In this document: one piece after another, positions 36,486 to 48,360 of the stretch
Numbering within the stretch: position 1 is the stretch's first letter
Layout of the letters: every line of letters starts with the position of its first letter
Origin: Parasitella parasitica NRRL 2501
Lineage: Eukaryota > Fungi > Mucoromycota
DNA length: 64,000 nucleotides
Reading direction: 5' to 3'
NCBI GenBank assembly: GCA_025201805.1
Contig: MU619376.1
Coordinates: forward strand, 12,107 to 76,106
The notes under the pieces: generated by a model
Seen by the model: the letters and a program-made list of their open reading frames with translations, nothing else
What the model was told of the DNA's origin: nothing
The model's database searches: none
Position numbers and translations under genes: made by a program

Positions 36486-39400
36486 TTATACTTGTTGCGG
36501 GAAACAAGTAGGCCCATCATGGCCACCGCCATTTACTATTAATACACGAGCACCGAATTCAAAGGGGTTGCTGTTGTAAGCAACGAAATTGGCTTTGCCA
36601 CCTCTGTTCAAGACGCCTGGTCCGCCCAAACCTTCAGTGTCAATTAAACCAAAGATCTCTGCAAGATTCCATGTTACTAGGCCAACAGCATCCTGTACAG
36701 TCAGGTGAGGGTTGTGTGCAAGATTCCATCCAGCCTCCCAGATCAAGTTGCGAGCGTCTCCGTTATCAACATCCGTGCTTCCCAAGCCAACACGCACTCG
36801 ATGCTTCAAAAGCACATCCAACACAGTGCTGGGTGTGATTGGAGGTCCTGCAAGACAAAATCGAGATTGCCAGGTGGTGGGAAAACAGCGCGCAGGCATC
36901 AACACGACAGGAACGTCTAGTCGGCTTAAATGCTCAGCAACCAAATGTGATTCAGCACCACCGAGTATAACAAATTTGACATCATGGCCATGTTCCTTGG
37001 AGATTACTTGCTTGATCAGCAAAATAGATGCAATCTCATCCTTGTCGTCTACTTGAACAACAACCGGAATTAAACCACGAGCAGCGCGAGCAAAAACGTT
37101 GTATAGCGGATCTTTTTTGATGTTGGAAATCAAAAGATTGCGGATCGTAGCAATTTGCTTGGAAACAGTCATTGCCCCTATACAATTTCCATCCACATAC
37201 ACAGCATCAGCATCAGCATCAGCAAAAAGTGAGCATTGTGCTGCTCTATAGCGTCTTACCAGAATGGTCAATCACAAAATTCAGTGCTACTTCCTCCTTG
37301 ACTAATGCATCCACCGCATCCAAAATTGTGTTTTCAACACCAGTGCCAAAAGCAACAGAAACACCAGCAAGTAAATCAGAGCCTACCTGGGGCTGAGACA
37401 CAGCGGTAGTGACACCTTTTATCATCTGATGAGTCTCCAAAGTTTGCTGCAAGATATATAAAGATAATCATACCTGCTTTGTAGGCTTTTTGAAGGTGCA
37501 GACCGTTGAATTTGAGTCCATCCACAGCACGAACTATCTTTTTGTACAACCCATCGTCAGTAACATCATTTTTAGCATAGCCATCTTGTGTCGTTTCTTC
37601 TGCCTGAATCTCAGAAAGCCCCAAAGGTACTCCCATAGACACAATACCCTTTATGTATGAAAATTAGCACTTGGCATTTCGTCGTTCGCCAGATGGACAG
37701 CTTACCGGAATTACAACAGCGCCCCCCATTTCAAAAATAGGGCTGGAATTCGGCCATTCCACATGATCGCGATCACAATCGATGCCGATGCAAGAAATTT
37801 CGCCTTCCTTCACTACTATGTAAAGCCCTTGGTCGAGTTCACTAGCACGCAAAGTATTGCTTGCATTCATGTAAATCTCACCAATGTTGCGCAAAACGAA
37901 CGAATCAACACCACTTGCACACGCAGCACTAAACGATTCGGGGTTGTTCAATCCATGGTCCTCTAAACGCATTGTTTTTTGAGAAAATGGTGGCAAATAG
38001 TGCCTTTCGTCGTCAGTTGCCGCCTCTTTTACGGATTCAGCTTCCATCACTTGCTTGAGAACAGCCTCTTGTTCAGTAACGCTCTTTCCCCAAGGCTTTT
38101 GAAAATCGAGTTCCTCGCCATCAATAATAACATGTTTTGGACGAGCACCTAATCTCAGAGGATGGCGCTCCCAAATGACGATATCGGCATCCTTTCCCAC
38201 CTCAATACTGCAAAGAGTGTCTAGTTTCTAGTTTCTTTTTTCTTTTCTTTTTTTTTGGTACTATAATTGCATGCCTACCTTCCTATACGATGACCAAGCT
38301 TTAAAGAATTGGCAGGTACAGTTGTAAGTGACTGAAGCGCTTTATGCTCATCAAAGCCGTAATGATACGCTTTCTGTGCTTCATGCATTAAATCACGCTA
38401 TATCACAGAAAATGGTGAGTCCATTGTCACTAAAGGACTGATTTTCCAGCAATCTTACAGCATTTGTCACAGGGTGGTCGCTCTTGAACGCTACTGGGAT
38501 ACCTGCAGTATCTAAAATCTTGGGTGCATGGACATTTTGATCCCAAGCTTCTGCCTAAAATGAAAATCAGTTGGCTGTACTCTAACAATTGCCAACAATA
38601 GATTGACCTTGTATCCCCACATATCTAATAGCAGCCTCTTTTAGTATACAACCAAACATTGTTCCAGTGTAAGTCACTTGCCTGCAAAAGTAGCGATTGT
38701 AATGTTGGTCTTTGCCCGCTTTATAACCTCGGGTACCTGCCAAGCACTGAGAGCATGATGGAATGCAGCAATTTCAAAGTCAAATTCAAGCGAATGATGC
38801 ACCATGGCTTCAATGTCTTGAGGCAAATAACAATGTACGTTCAAATTGACTTGCTTGCGTAAAAGCGCTATCAAGCTGTTCAAATCAAGATGCTCAGGAT
38901 AGCTCTCTGTGAGCCGAGTGATTTTGCGTTCATCAATGGCTTCGTCGGCAGGGAAGGTTTCGTGAATCCGAGCGGCAGCATCACACCAATCGTCTTGCTT
39001 CCGCATTAGCTTCTGTGCCTGTTCAAACCTGCGACGAAACAAGTAGTTTTCACCGAGGCCTTGGTTAACAGGTAAGCATCCGTTACATGCCAATTGTTTT
39101 TGCTTCTCTACTTACGAGTCATGGGCATCATGTTGAGTTCCCCACCATAATAACCTTTGGGGTTTTCTCCACAAGCCATCTTCATGTACCGCCAAACAAT
39201 CTCTTGGTCTTCTTCCGATACACCGGCCCCAATCAACATATCTTGGTTTGACAGTGTAGATACAGGGCGAAGTTTAATAACTGCAGCCTCACCGCCCATC
39301 AAATTACCCGAGCCAGGCAGTATTAGAGACGTGGTGATACCTCCGCTGGCAACAATTTTCAGGCCAGGATCAGTAGGGCTCAAGGCGTCAATTACACGTA

Positions 39401-40040
39401 CATAGGGCGTAGTGGGCGAAGTCATTTCGTTGGTATCATCTGAAGCAGTTAAACCCCCTAATGAGTCCACGGTCATATGCGAATGCATATCGATTACACC
39501 AGGTGTAACAACTCGTCCGCCAGCATCCAGTATACGCGTATCTTTAGGAACATCTAGGTCAGTGCCTACGGCTGCAATCAACCCATTCTTCAGGTAGACT
39601 TGGCCTCCTTCAAGGTAACTGTTGCCCAACCAAATGTGGCCATTGCGGATTAAAATATCGGAAGCCTTGGGGGCAACGCGGGGATTACGGTGTCGGGTAC
39701 GGGTGGTATTCGTGTAGGACTGGCCTCTCTCCATAGTATATTGACATTTGGCGAGGCCTTCTTTGAACGAATTCAGCGAAATACCAGGGGAAACAACCTT
39801 CGCAGGGCTTGAGCTATCCCAGAATCCTTCAACTTGCGCATTGCTGGCGGACACAATTGCTGGTAGGTGGCTTGAAAGATAAACACAACTGGTGCCGAAG
39901 AAGGCTAGTGCTGATACCGTCAAGATGAGCCGATTTCTTTGCTGTTTACGGCTGTAAGAAGCAGGCAAGTCTGGAGTCAGCAAGGGTCTAGTCAAAGATG
40001 CTGACTTGCCCTTGCTGCTGGTGTTGTTATCGCCAAACAT
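36486..40040 (-). CDS. Membrane-anchored amidohydrolase-family protein with tandem amidohydrolase-like domains; multi-exon
   Basis: N-terminal TM helix; 'TPGVIDMHSH' metal site, 'ILPGSGNLMGG', 'KMACGENPK', 'KSDHPV', 'GKDADIVIW'; a second degenerate repeat ends 'ANFVAYNSNPFEF'. Confidence 0.85.
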
Positions 40041-40397
40041 GATTTGTTTTGAAAAAGAGGAAAGGAAAGGGGAAGAAATTGTATATTTACGCTATTTATG
40101 TGAAACGTGAAATTGGCAAATGAGATGCATAATGTGCTATTTGGCAAGGTATCTGCCCTCTCTGCGAAAATCTTCAGTGACGAGACAATCAGAACCGTGA
40201 ATACCCGTAGGATGGAACTGGACAATCTCTGGGTCTTGAAGAGGAAGGCCAGCACAAGAGACAGGCTGCTTGGAATCCCATTTATGCTCTTTTTTTTTTT
40301 TCGTCAATCGGTCTGTCAATAATGCGATAAAAGGCCTGTTCAAACCGCAACAACTCGTAGCCTTTTCTCTTCCCTTGCCTTTAGGACATTACTCATA

Positions 40398-40882
40398 ATG
40401 TATTCAAAACTTGTGGAAGACACTACAAAAAAAAACATGATCGAAGAGGTAAAAACTCTCATCAGTCCTAATCTGTTGAACGCTTTCACAAACTTTTATC
40501 TATAAGGTGAGGATCTTTAGTCCTTCAGAGAACGGTGAATTATGGAAATGCCCATTTTGTGACCCATCAAATACAGTGTACAAATTATTAGTGCCGCCTG
40601 CTAAAGAAGCAGAGCGACTACACCAGATAAAAAGACTTGTTAGAGAACATGTCGAATTACATCAAAAGGACCTGATGAGCAAAATGACGGAAAGAGATTA
40701 TGACAAGGTAGGAACCATCCATCTCGTCTCTTTTTTTTTTTTTTTTTTTTNNNNNNNNNNCTATTGTACATGTACTCATAATCGTCTAGACAAGGGCAGA
40801 GAGCATCAAAAGAGTCAGATTATGGATTACAGGGACCATTGCAGACCGTGGACTATACGAAGAAAATCCACTCCAGGAATAA
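40398..40882 (+). CDS. Small hypothetical protein with possible zinc-binding motif (CPFC...HVELH); spans an N gap
   Basis: ORF 40507-40983 fragment 'WKCPFCD...REHVELH' with flanking GT-AG introns. Confidence 0.4.
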
Positions 40883-40931
40883 AAAAAAAAAAAAAAAATC
40901 TTTACACAATATACGCCACTGTTAATCGTCG

Positions 40932-41585
40932 TTATACGGGCACAAAGCTACTCTTCAGTAACTCGACATTTGGCCATACCTAGCGTGATGATTTATCAGG
41001 GTCCGTTATATTTACATGGTCAGGGCGTATATACCTTGGCAAATACTCTCCCTTTGATCAATCCCATGGCAACCGGCCCGTATGCTCTCGAATCTGTCGA
41101 GTTGCTTAAATTATCCCCACTAACCCAAACATGTCCTTGAGGAACATTCACATATTTTCTATCTGCTAATGTTGGATCTTCACAGACACTATCTCCAGCC
41201 TAAACTGGTAGCATTATTACACATGTCCTGTAGAGGAGTACAGCAAACTTACCAAGCCTATCACTCGTTTCAAAACAGATCGACCAGGCTTTGCTGGTGA
41301 CATGCAGATAACAACATCGCCTATCTCTAGATCTCTAAAGTGATGTGTGATGTGATCCACTGCCACTATACCCGACATTTCAAAATTGGGCAGCATTGAA
41401 GGACCAACGCACTATATTCTCTAATTTAACATCAAGGCAGTACCATTGGAAAACTAAACTAATCAGGCATTTACCCAAGTAACTTCGGCTACATAGGAAT
41501 TGAAACAATGAGCAAAACACCCAAACTGAAATGTGATCTTGGCGAATTTCAATGCTGCTATTCCATAGCGTCTGAACACACCCAT
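40932..41585 (-). CDS. IMP1: Mitochondrial inner membrane peptidase subunit 1 (peptidase S26); missed by the ORF track because of introns
   Basis: Spliced translation 'MGVFRRYG...GPSMLPNF...GDVVICMSP...[11 protein letters not shown]...[40 protein letters not shown]' with the Ser/Lys dyad. Confidence 0.88.
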
Positions 41586-41608
41586 TCTCGTCAAAAAGTA
41601 CAATGTGT

Positions 41609-41705
<97 letters not shown>

Positions 41706-42002
41706 AAAGAGAAAAGGGCATGCTGTAGGGGGGCGTATGACAAATGAATGCTGAATTGGATCTCAGTTGGACAGCTGTATGCTGAAGTGTCAAATGTATT
41801 TGCTTCGGACCCCCTCTTGAAAACGAAACGGATTAAGCGCAGGGTACGAAAGCCCCACAGCCTTGTCCTATATGATTAGAGTCTTGATTGTATCTATTGA
41901 ATGGTCTGCTTTGAAACATTCAAGTACAGTAGATAGAGCATTTTTTTTGATAAAAAGCTTGGCGATCCTCGCTAAAGAAACACACTTTTATTGATTGATA
42001 AA

Positions 42003-43089
42003 CTAAAGCTTTGGCGTATGAGGGAGTACAACAAAACCAATGACGGGGAAATGAGTATAGGAAGCGAAGCCATATTCTTCGTGTTGATTCTCAATGACAG
42101 TTTCATGGATAGTGCTGTGTACCAAAGTACCGATGGAAGGCACCAGGCCTGTGTCAGTAGGCATAACAGAAACAACTTGACCCAATTTAGCCTTCAAAGA
42201 GCCATCATGTGTAGCACTAGCAAGTTTCCAAGATTGCTCTCTAGCTACAACAAGTGCCTTTTCTGCGTTAATTTGGACCAAATTACCAAGTTCCTTAAAG
42301 CGAACAGCAACCAGTGTCTTTTTTAGGTGCTCATTCAAAACAGGAACGTTGGACTTGAGCCATTTATTGCCAACGAACTGGCCAAGGAACCAGACATTCA
42401 TGGCAATGTGAAGATCAGCCAAGGATAAAGCTTTGGTGCCCAAAGCCCAGAGCGAGCCATTCTGATGGCGAGATTTAACGAGGTTTTCGACAGCTTGAAG
42501 CTCTGCATTTAGGCTTTGAAGCATATAGGGAGCGGTGAATGCAAGCGACTCTGGGTCAATTTTACGGCCTGAGAATTGCCCACGATCTTTGACAAATGCT
42601 TCGCCCAATGCACCCATAGGGATCTGAGAAACGACAGCCTGGAATACTGATCCCTCTGTCCATCTTGCCAAGGATAAAGCTGAATGCTCGGTAGAGTTTC
42701 CTTGATCATCAAGAGGGTAAAATGTCGGCTCTGGGAATCTACAAGCAAGGTTAGGAATCAACTGGTATCACTTTTGCAAATTGTTCAAATGACCTTTTTT
42801 CGAGTTCAGCAAAGATGGCCTTGGAGTCGCAGTAGGTATGGTTGCCGATTTGAAGGACGGGAGTCTTGCGATAACCAGCATCCAGAGGTCTGCGAAGAGG
42901 ACGAGGCTCAATGGGCGAAATTACTACAAGTTTGAAGTCGACATTTTTGTATTGCAAGGCCCAGGCAACTTTTTGAGCAAAAGGAGAGTTTGGATACCAA
43001 TGCTATTGACGAACAGGTCAGCTTTTGTGCTTTGTCCCTCAATGAGGTCTATGTATGATAAATACCAAAATAAGTTGAGGATTAGACAT
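42003..43089 (-). CDS. Glutathione S-transferase family protein (GST N-terminal domain)
   Basis: 'YPNSPFAQKVAWAL', 'PRP...GYRKTPVLQIGNHTYCDSKAIFAELE', 'LSLADLH'. Confidence 0.85.
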
Positions 43090-43568
43090 GCTTTAGTTTC
43101 AAACGAACGGGACAAAGAAGGCTAATTACGTTCATTTGAGCCTTTTATGTTTTTTCCCTTCATCACCTTCGTGACCTTGATTTCTTTTCAAGATGAGCAA
43201 GCATTAATTCAATAAGGAAAGGAACACAAGCAAGTTATCAGCATGCTTTAATTTGGGTGTTATCGTATTCTCAGGGTTCAGAAACAGCACAAGCATCGTG
43301 TAAATCCAATTAAGCTTTGTTTATTATTCATCACATGTCCATCTAATGCGGTAGGATAAATTGAATGTTGTTGATTTGAGCCAACATCCCTTCATGACTT
43401 ACATCTCATTCATCGTTCCCGCAGAAACAACCTCAAGAATGGTCATGAAGCCGGTTGGAATAAATTCAGGACAAGGTGCAAAGTGGTCAAGGCACATTAT
43501 ACTTCACCACGCATGACTTGATTGTTGGCAGCCCCTGAGCAGTTGTCATTTGCAACAAACAATCGATA

Positions 43569-45050
43569 CTGTCATTTTAGAGTTTCTGGAGAATAAGTTG
43601 AGGTTTCTGAAAATAAGTTTCAAGGTTTTTGATCATTTGTCCGGCGTTTCTGAAAAAAGCTGAGGGAGTTGATGATACAAGCTGAGAAGTTTCTGAGAGG
43701 AGAGAAATGCGTCCTGAAATAAAAAAAAAAAAAAGGAGAGTTTATAGGTAAAATCTCTGTTTATTCATGCTGGAAAAAAAAAAGAAAGATATCTACATCA
43801 TATCGGTGAGATTGAGGCAATCTTGAAAAAAAAGAGACAGAATGCCTAATCCAACCACGGCAATCACTCATAGTTACAGTTTTGCCTGCTTCCTTGATTC
43901 TGGGTGTCAATGTATCATTTGTATCTAATGCTGATCTTTTGACATGGTATTTGACTTTGGACCAAAATTCTTCAATGGGATTCAAAAATGGAGAGTATGG
44001 AGGCAGATAAACACATTTATGGCCTTTAGATTCATTAAGTTTTCGTATGCATCCATTTTTATGAATAGGTGCGTTGTTCATAACGATGTATTGTCCTGGT
44101 AGATTGTTCTTGTCCAGTACATTTAGAACATTTTCGAGATAGTTCATGAAATGCTCGGTTCTTGTTCCTAATTTCGCTGTGACTCTGACAGTTTTACCAT
44201 CGGCAGACCTCTTCTTGGAAGCAGATCCAAGCACCTCAGGCAACCTCAAAGAAATGTCGATGATACCCGCTGAAGAGATGGCACCAAGAATAGTGATGTT
44301 CCTACCCTTTGATTTAGGCACCAAAACCTTGCAAGGCTTTCCTTTTCTTGACCAAACTCTTGTTCTGCTGATGTAAAGATTGAATCCAGCTTCATCCAAA
44401 AAAAACACAGTTATTTTCAAAATCCATATCTTTGTCAGCCAGCCATCCTAATACAGCTTCTCTTCTTTTCTGCTTTGTTTCATCTGAATTTCTGTACTCA
44501 GATATTTGTTGAACTTTCTTGATTGATAGCGCGCAATTATCTCTGATAAAATGATAGAATGCTGTTCTGGAAATGACTACGTCTGGAAATTTCGGCATTA
44601 AAATTTCACGCATGTATTCGAGAGTGTACGTGCCACGATGGTCGATTAGTTCTCGAATAAAAAAATCCTGTGCTTTTCCTAAGATCTGAGCTTTTGGTGG
44701 CCCCCCTTGGTTTCCAGATATCAGGGACTTCTTGATGTTCAGTATAATACTGAGCATACGGTAGGCAGTCTGCAGGATGATACTAGTTTTATTTGCTGCT
44801 GCTTTGATGGGCCATCCTTCTTGCGTTAAGCCGCAAATTCAACTACTTGTTCTCTGGTATATTTTCTGCAAGTCTTCCTCGTTTTGTTTTGTCTTAACGA
44901 TTGCTTATATCTCTGAGATTTATTTTGCTCTGCTTCAGAGTCGTCTTCATCATGATCTGATCCTTGAAGGTCTTCTACCAGAGATTGATCCATCTCTATA
45001 TATTCTTCATCATCTTCATTTTCATATTGATTCTCTGTACGATCACCGTG
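43569..45050 (-). mobile_element. Tc1/mariner (IS630-like, DDE_3) transposon, inactive
   Basis: HTH region and DDE domain 'FLDEAGF...MNNAPIH...YLPPYSPFLNPIEEFWSKVK'. The second catalytic Asp reads Asn and there is a frameshift at a poly-A run (~44400). Repeated GTTTCTG(A)...AAG motifs at 43580-43700 look like subterminal repeats. Confidence 0.85.
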
Positions 45051-45351
45051 AAAAAAAATAGGATCTTCCTCAAGTGATTATGGACCGCAGATTGAACTAC
45101 GTCCAAATCAGAGAAGGCCTCCAGCAGTTCCTCGTGGGCAACCTTCATCTTGCCTTCCTCATCATTCTCAAAGAAAGCCGAAAGAAACATGGTATGAGCC
45201 GGCAGCATTTTTGGGGGGGGGGATGAAAATTGGAACAGCCCTAGTGGTCGTTTTAGGGCGTTCTAGCTGCTGCTGTCGTTGTTGCTCTTTGGCTCTCTTC
45301 TTGCTTTCTTGATGGGCCGCCTGCTTTGTCAAGATTATCTCTGTTCTTCTC

Positions 45352-45582
45352 TCAATGGCTTGTTCCATGAAAGAAGGGTACTCCACAACAACCTCCTTCT
45401 CCTTTATTTTTTTTGTTGACTTTGCTTATATATCCACAGCCTGTGGGGTACTTGATGTTCATCTTGGCAGAGGCGTGTTTCATGGACAAGCCTTCGACAA
45501 AATACCAGGCGGCCCTACTTGATTTTGATTTTATTGTAAAGGCGCAAACAGCAGGATGACTATCATGCAGTATCAGTACCAC
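45352..45582 (-). pseudogene. Transposase-like helix-turn-helix remnant
   Basis: 'GLSMKHASAKMNIKYPTGCGYISKV' resembles the HTH segments at ~52610-52745 and ~53820-53960. Confidence 0.45.
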
Positions 45583-45708
45583 AAACCCAGCACATTTCTA
45601 GTGTATATACACACGTATAAAAGTGCTTGGCAAGATTTTTGAGATTGTGATGGGGTCATAAGAGTGGGAGGTGGGTAGCAAAGGCAAGCGCTTGCAGATG
45701 GGATAGGA

Positions 45709-46260
45709 TCATAAAAAAGCAAGATCGAAAATCATGCGCCAATGAGCCTGCCAGACAGCCAGTAATGTGCATGCAAAGATTTGATCTGTTGAAAGTAGAG
45801 TACAAGGTAATTGTTCAACTCGTGGAAGAGGATTGTCGGAACAAGCCAAGATGGAGACCAGTTGATGGACGAGTGCATGGTCAGAGAGAGCGAGTGGAGA
45901 GATATAATAGCTTTGGAATATGGAGTTTAAGTGGGCAAGAAAAAAGAAAATGGCAGAGGTCTTCTTCCGCTTGGCCAGAGCAAAGAGAGCAGAAAGGAGA
46001 GGAATGGAGATGCGACATGAGTCGGTGAAGGAGAGACTTGGTAGGGATTTTAGCATGTAAATCTCGATACCACACCGTACGAGAAGAGAGAGGGATGACT
46101 AGCGACCAAAAGTGCGACCACTCCGTAGTAGGGGGCGGTAAAGATGAGGCGAGTGGAGGCGAGTGGAGGCGGAGGCAGTAAGGACCGATAGCAGGTGATA
46201 CTGTTGAGAGGTATGCGTCGAGAACAACGAGTCAAGGAAGAGGAGGCCGTCGTCGTACTA
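45709..46260 (-). mobile_element. Non-LTR retrotransposon fragment (zf-RVT zinc-binding region, C-terminus of ORF2), degenerate
   Basis: 'WYRDLHAKIPTKSLLH...CSLCSGQAEEDLCHFLFSCP' (CxxC...H..F.C) and 'LLAVWQAHWRMIFD'. Confidence 0.85.
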
Positions 46261-46474
46261 GGTACGAAGAGGCTCGAGCAAAATGAACGTAAGGTTGGAG
46301 GAAAGAGATGGGAATGTTGTAAAGTCCTGCGTACAGTAGGATATGCTAAATATAGTCAGTATATTTAAAGAAGAGAAAGAGACTGACTTTATTATATAGT
46401 AATTGAATAGGTTATTTATATGATTATTAGAATGACTTGGCAATATATACAGTACATGTGGCAAAGGGTGCTGC

Positions 46475-48360
46475 TCACTGATGCGATGGTGAATAGATCG
46501 GGCCTAATGTAGCCATCCCGTGGTGGTCGTCTCCCTTGGTCAATTTGAGTATGATCGGGTTGACAATGTCACTCAACGACTGCTGCTCGTCTAGAGAAAA
46601 CGCATGCTCAATGCTATTGGCGTCGTGCTGTTGCTTCAGTGCCATGATGTTGCTAATCGAATCCTCTACAAGACACTATACGCAGAAAGATCAACAGCCT
46701 ATACTCGTGCTATCGTAAATACCCATTACCTTGGTGCTCCAGAAAAACTGCACAAATCTTGGGACATGTACGGCTTTGTCAGATTCATCAGGCAAAATGT
46801 GGACTGAGGCCTCGCGCCACAGATCAAAGACACCTTCATTGCGATAGCCAACACTCCAGAGATGCAGCCTCTCGTCTAAAGCCAAAAGAAAAAGCTGTTA
46901 TCATTGAAAATATCCTTTGCAAAGCGACATGATGGCGTACCTGCTGCGTGAATAAAGTAAGTCTTGATCTTCATAAATGTGTCAACAGAACCGAACCGAT
47001 AGTCGTCTGCGATGCACTTGATCATTGAGAGCAGCCCATACACCCCTTTGTGATGATCGAAATTGGGTTTCGTCTTGTCTAGATTGGTAAAGGATCCGGA
47101 GGTTTCGAGTACTAGTATCTCTTGTTGCTTCAGGCCCGACGATGGCACTACCAGTCAAAATGTATGCAACTTACATCTCCTCCAAAATGTTTCGAAGAAA
47201 CTCAAAGCTTACGTCCTTTTGCTCAAACAACATCATTGATATGCTGTTGACAACTCTTTCACGACCAGCCTCGTCTTGCTAAAAAAATAAATAAAATAAA
47301 TTCTTTGCTACAACGTGAATCAAAGCGTATGTACTTACAGCAGCCGTAAAAGCCATGATGTATTCCTTGAAAGTTTCTGGCATTGGATAGGGGCATTTTT
47401 GTCTTCATCTGCATGTGCGTTGCATACAGGCTTTCATCCAAATCAGGCTTTCCCAAGACGCCCTTACCAGTACGAACAATGCCATTAGCTATCAAGCTAT
47501 TATAAATCAGAAATAAGAAAACATTAGCTTCTATGGCAGTGACTTTGAAAAGCCCTGATTTACCTAAAGGGATCAAAGTCATTGATGTTGCTGTTGGCAT
47601 AGGCAACCCAGTCTTTCCATACGCTAGCTGGCGATACCTAACAGGCTAGTTGAGTGCTCTTATGAAAAGGATAGCCACTCATATCATTACCTGGTTGTGG
47701 GTTGCATCCTCTTTTTGCGCTGGCAGTACTGAGGAAGGCTTGAGCATGAGTGAGAGATTAGTTTTTGTATCACTATCAAGGGCAAGCAAGCGAACTTACC
47801 TCAGCAGGGGCACCACGGACATTAATGGAGCCGTGATTGGTCGAGTTGTTGAGATTGACCATGTTGCCGTAATTGACGATAGTTTCTGCGTTGTTCAGCT
47901 TGCGTTTTTTGCAAGCTTTTCTTGCTTGATTTGCCTTTAGCAGGGCAGGCGTTGGCTACGATAATGTCAATATCTTTCAAAATCAAATATCATGTATAAT
48001 CTGTACCTTTTTTGCCGCTATCAAGTCCTGTACATAATCCTTAATTCGTGTAGGAATGCCTTCGAGCCTTGAGATCCAGTTCAAATCGTTGGCGTAGTCA
48101 TTTAATATTTTGCTAATTTTCTTCTGCTTCTTGACTGTTGTTGACGCTTCAAAATAGGTCTCTGCATCCCATTCAACGGCGGGTTTGGTGTTAAAGAAGC
48201 CTCTTGAACCCTCACCAACAATGGGAACCTTGAACTGTTTCTCCTCTTCTGTGAGTTAAATCATGGTAGGTATGTCAATGCCAATATCAGTGGCATTAAA
48301 ACCAAGGCACGATCTGTTGTCTTGCCAATCCACTCTTGGAGCTCTATTGTATCTTTTCAT
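46475..48360 (-). CDS. Multi-exon hypothetical protein (possibly degenerate) with a putative PD-(D/E)XK-like 'EILVLETSG' motif
   Basis: Exon fragments 'GFFNTKPAVEWDAETYF', 'EILVLETSGSF...FDHHKGVYGLLSMIKCIAD', 'ERLHLWS', 'IVNPIILKLT' separated by GT-AG introns; boundaries uncertain. Confidence 0.45.

Noticed and set aside
41617-41703. 87-nt poly-A run and the poly-Phe ORF 41380-41793
   Set aside because: Probable homopolymer artefact; the real gene here is IMP1 in another frame.
43580-43700. Short spaced repeats superficially like a CRISPR array
   Set aside because: Eukaryotic context, irregular spacing and degenerate units next to a Tc1 transposase; better explained as transposon subterminal repeats.
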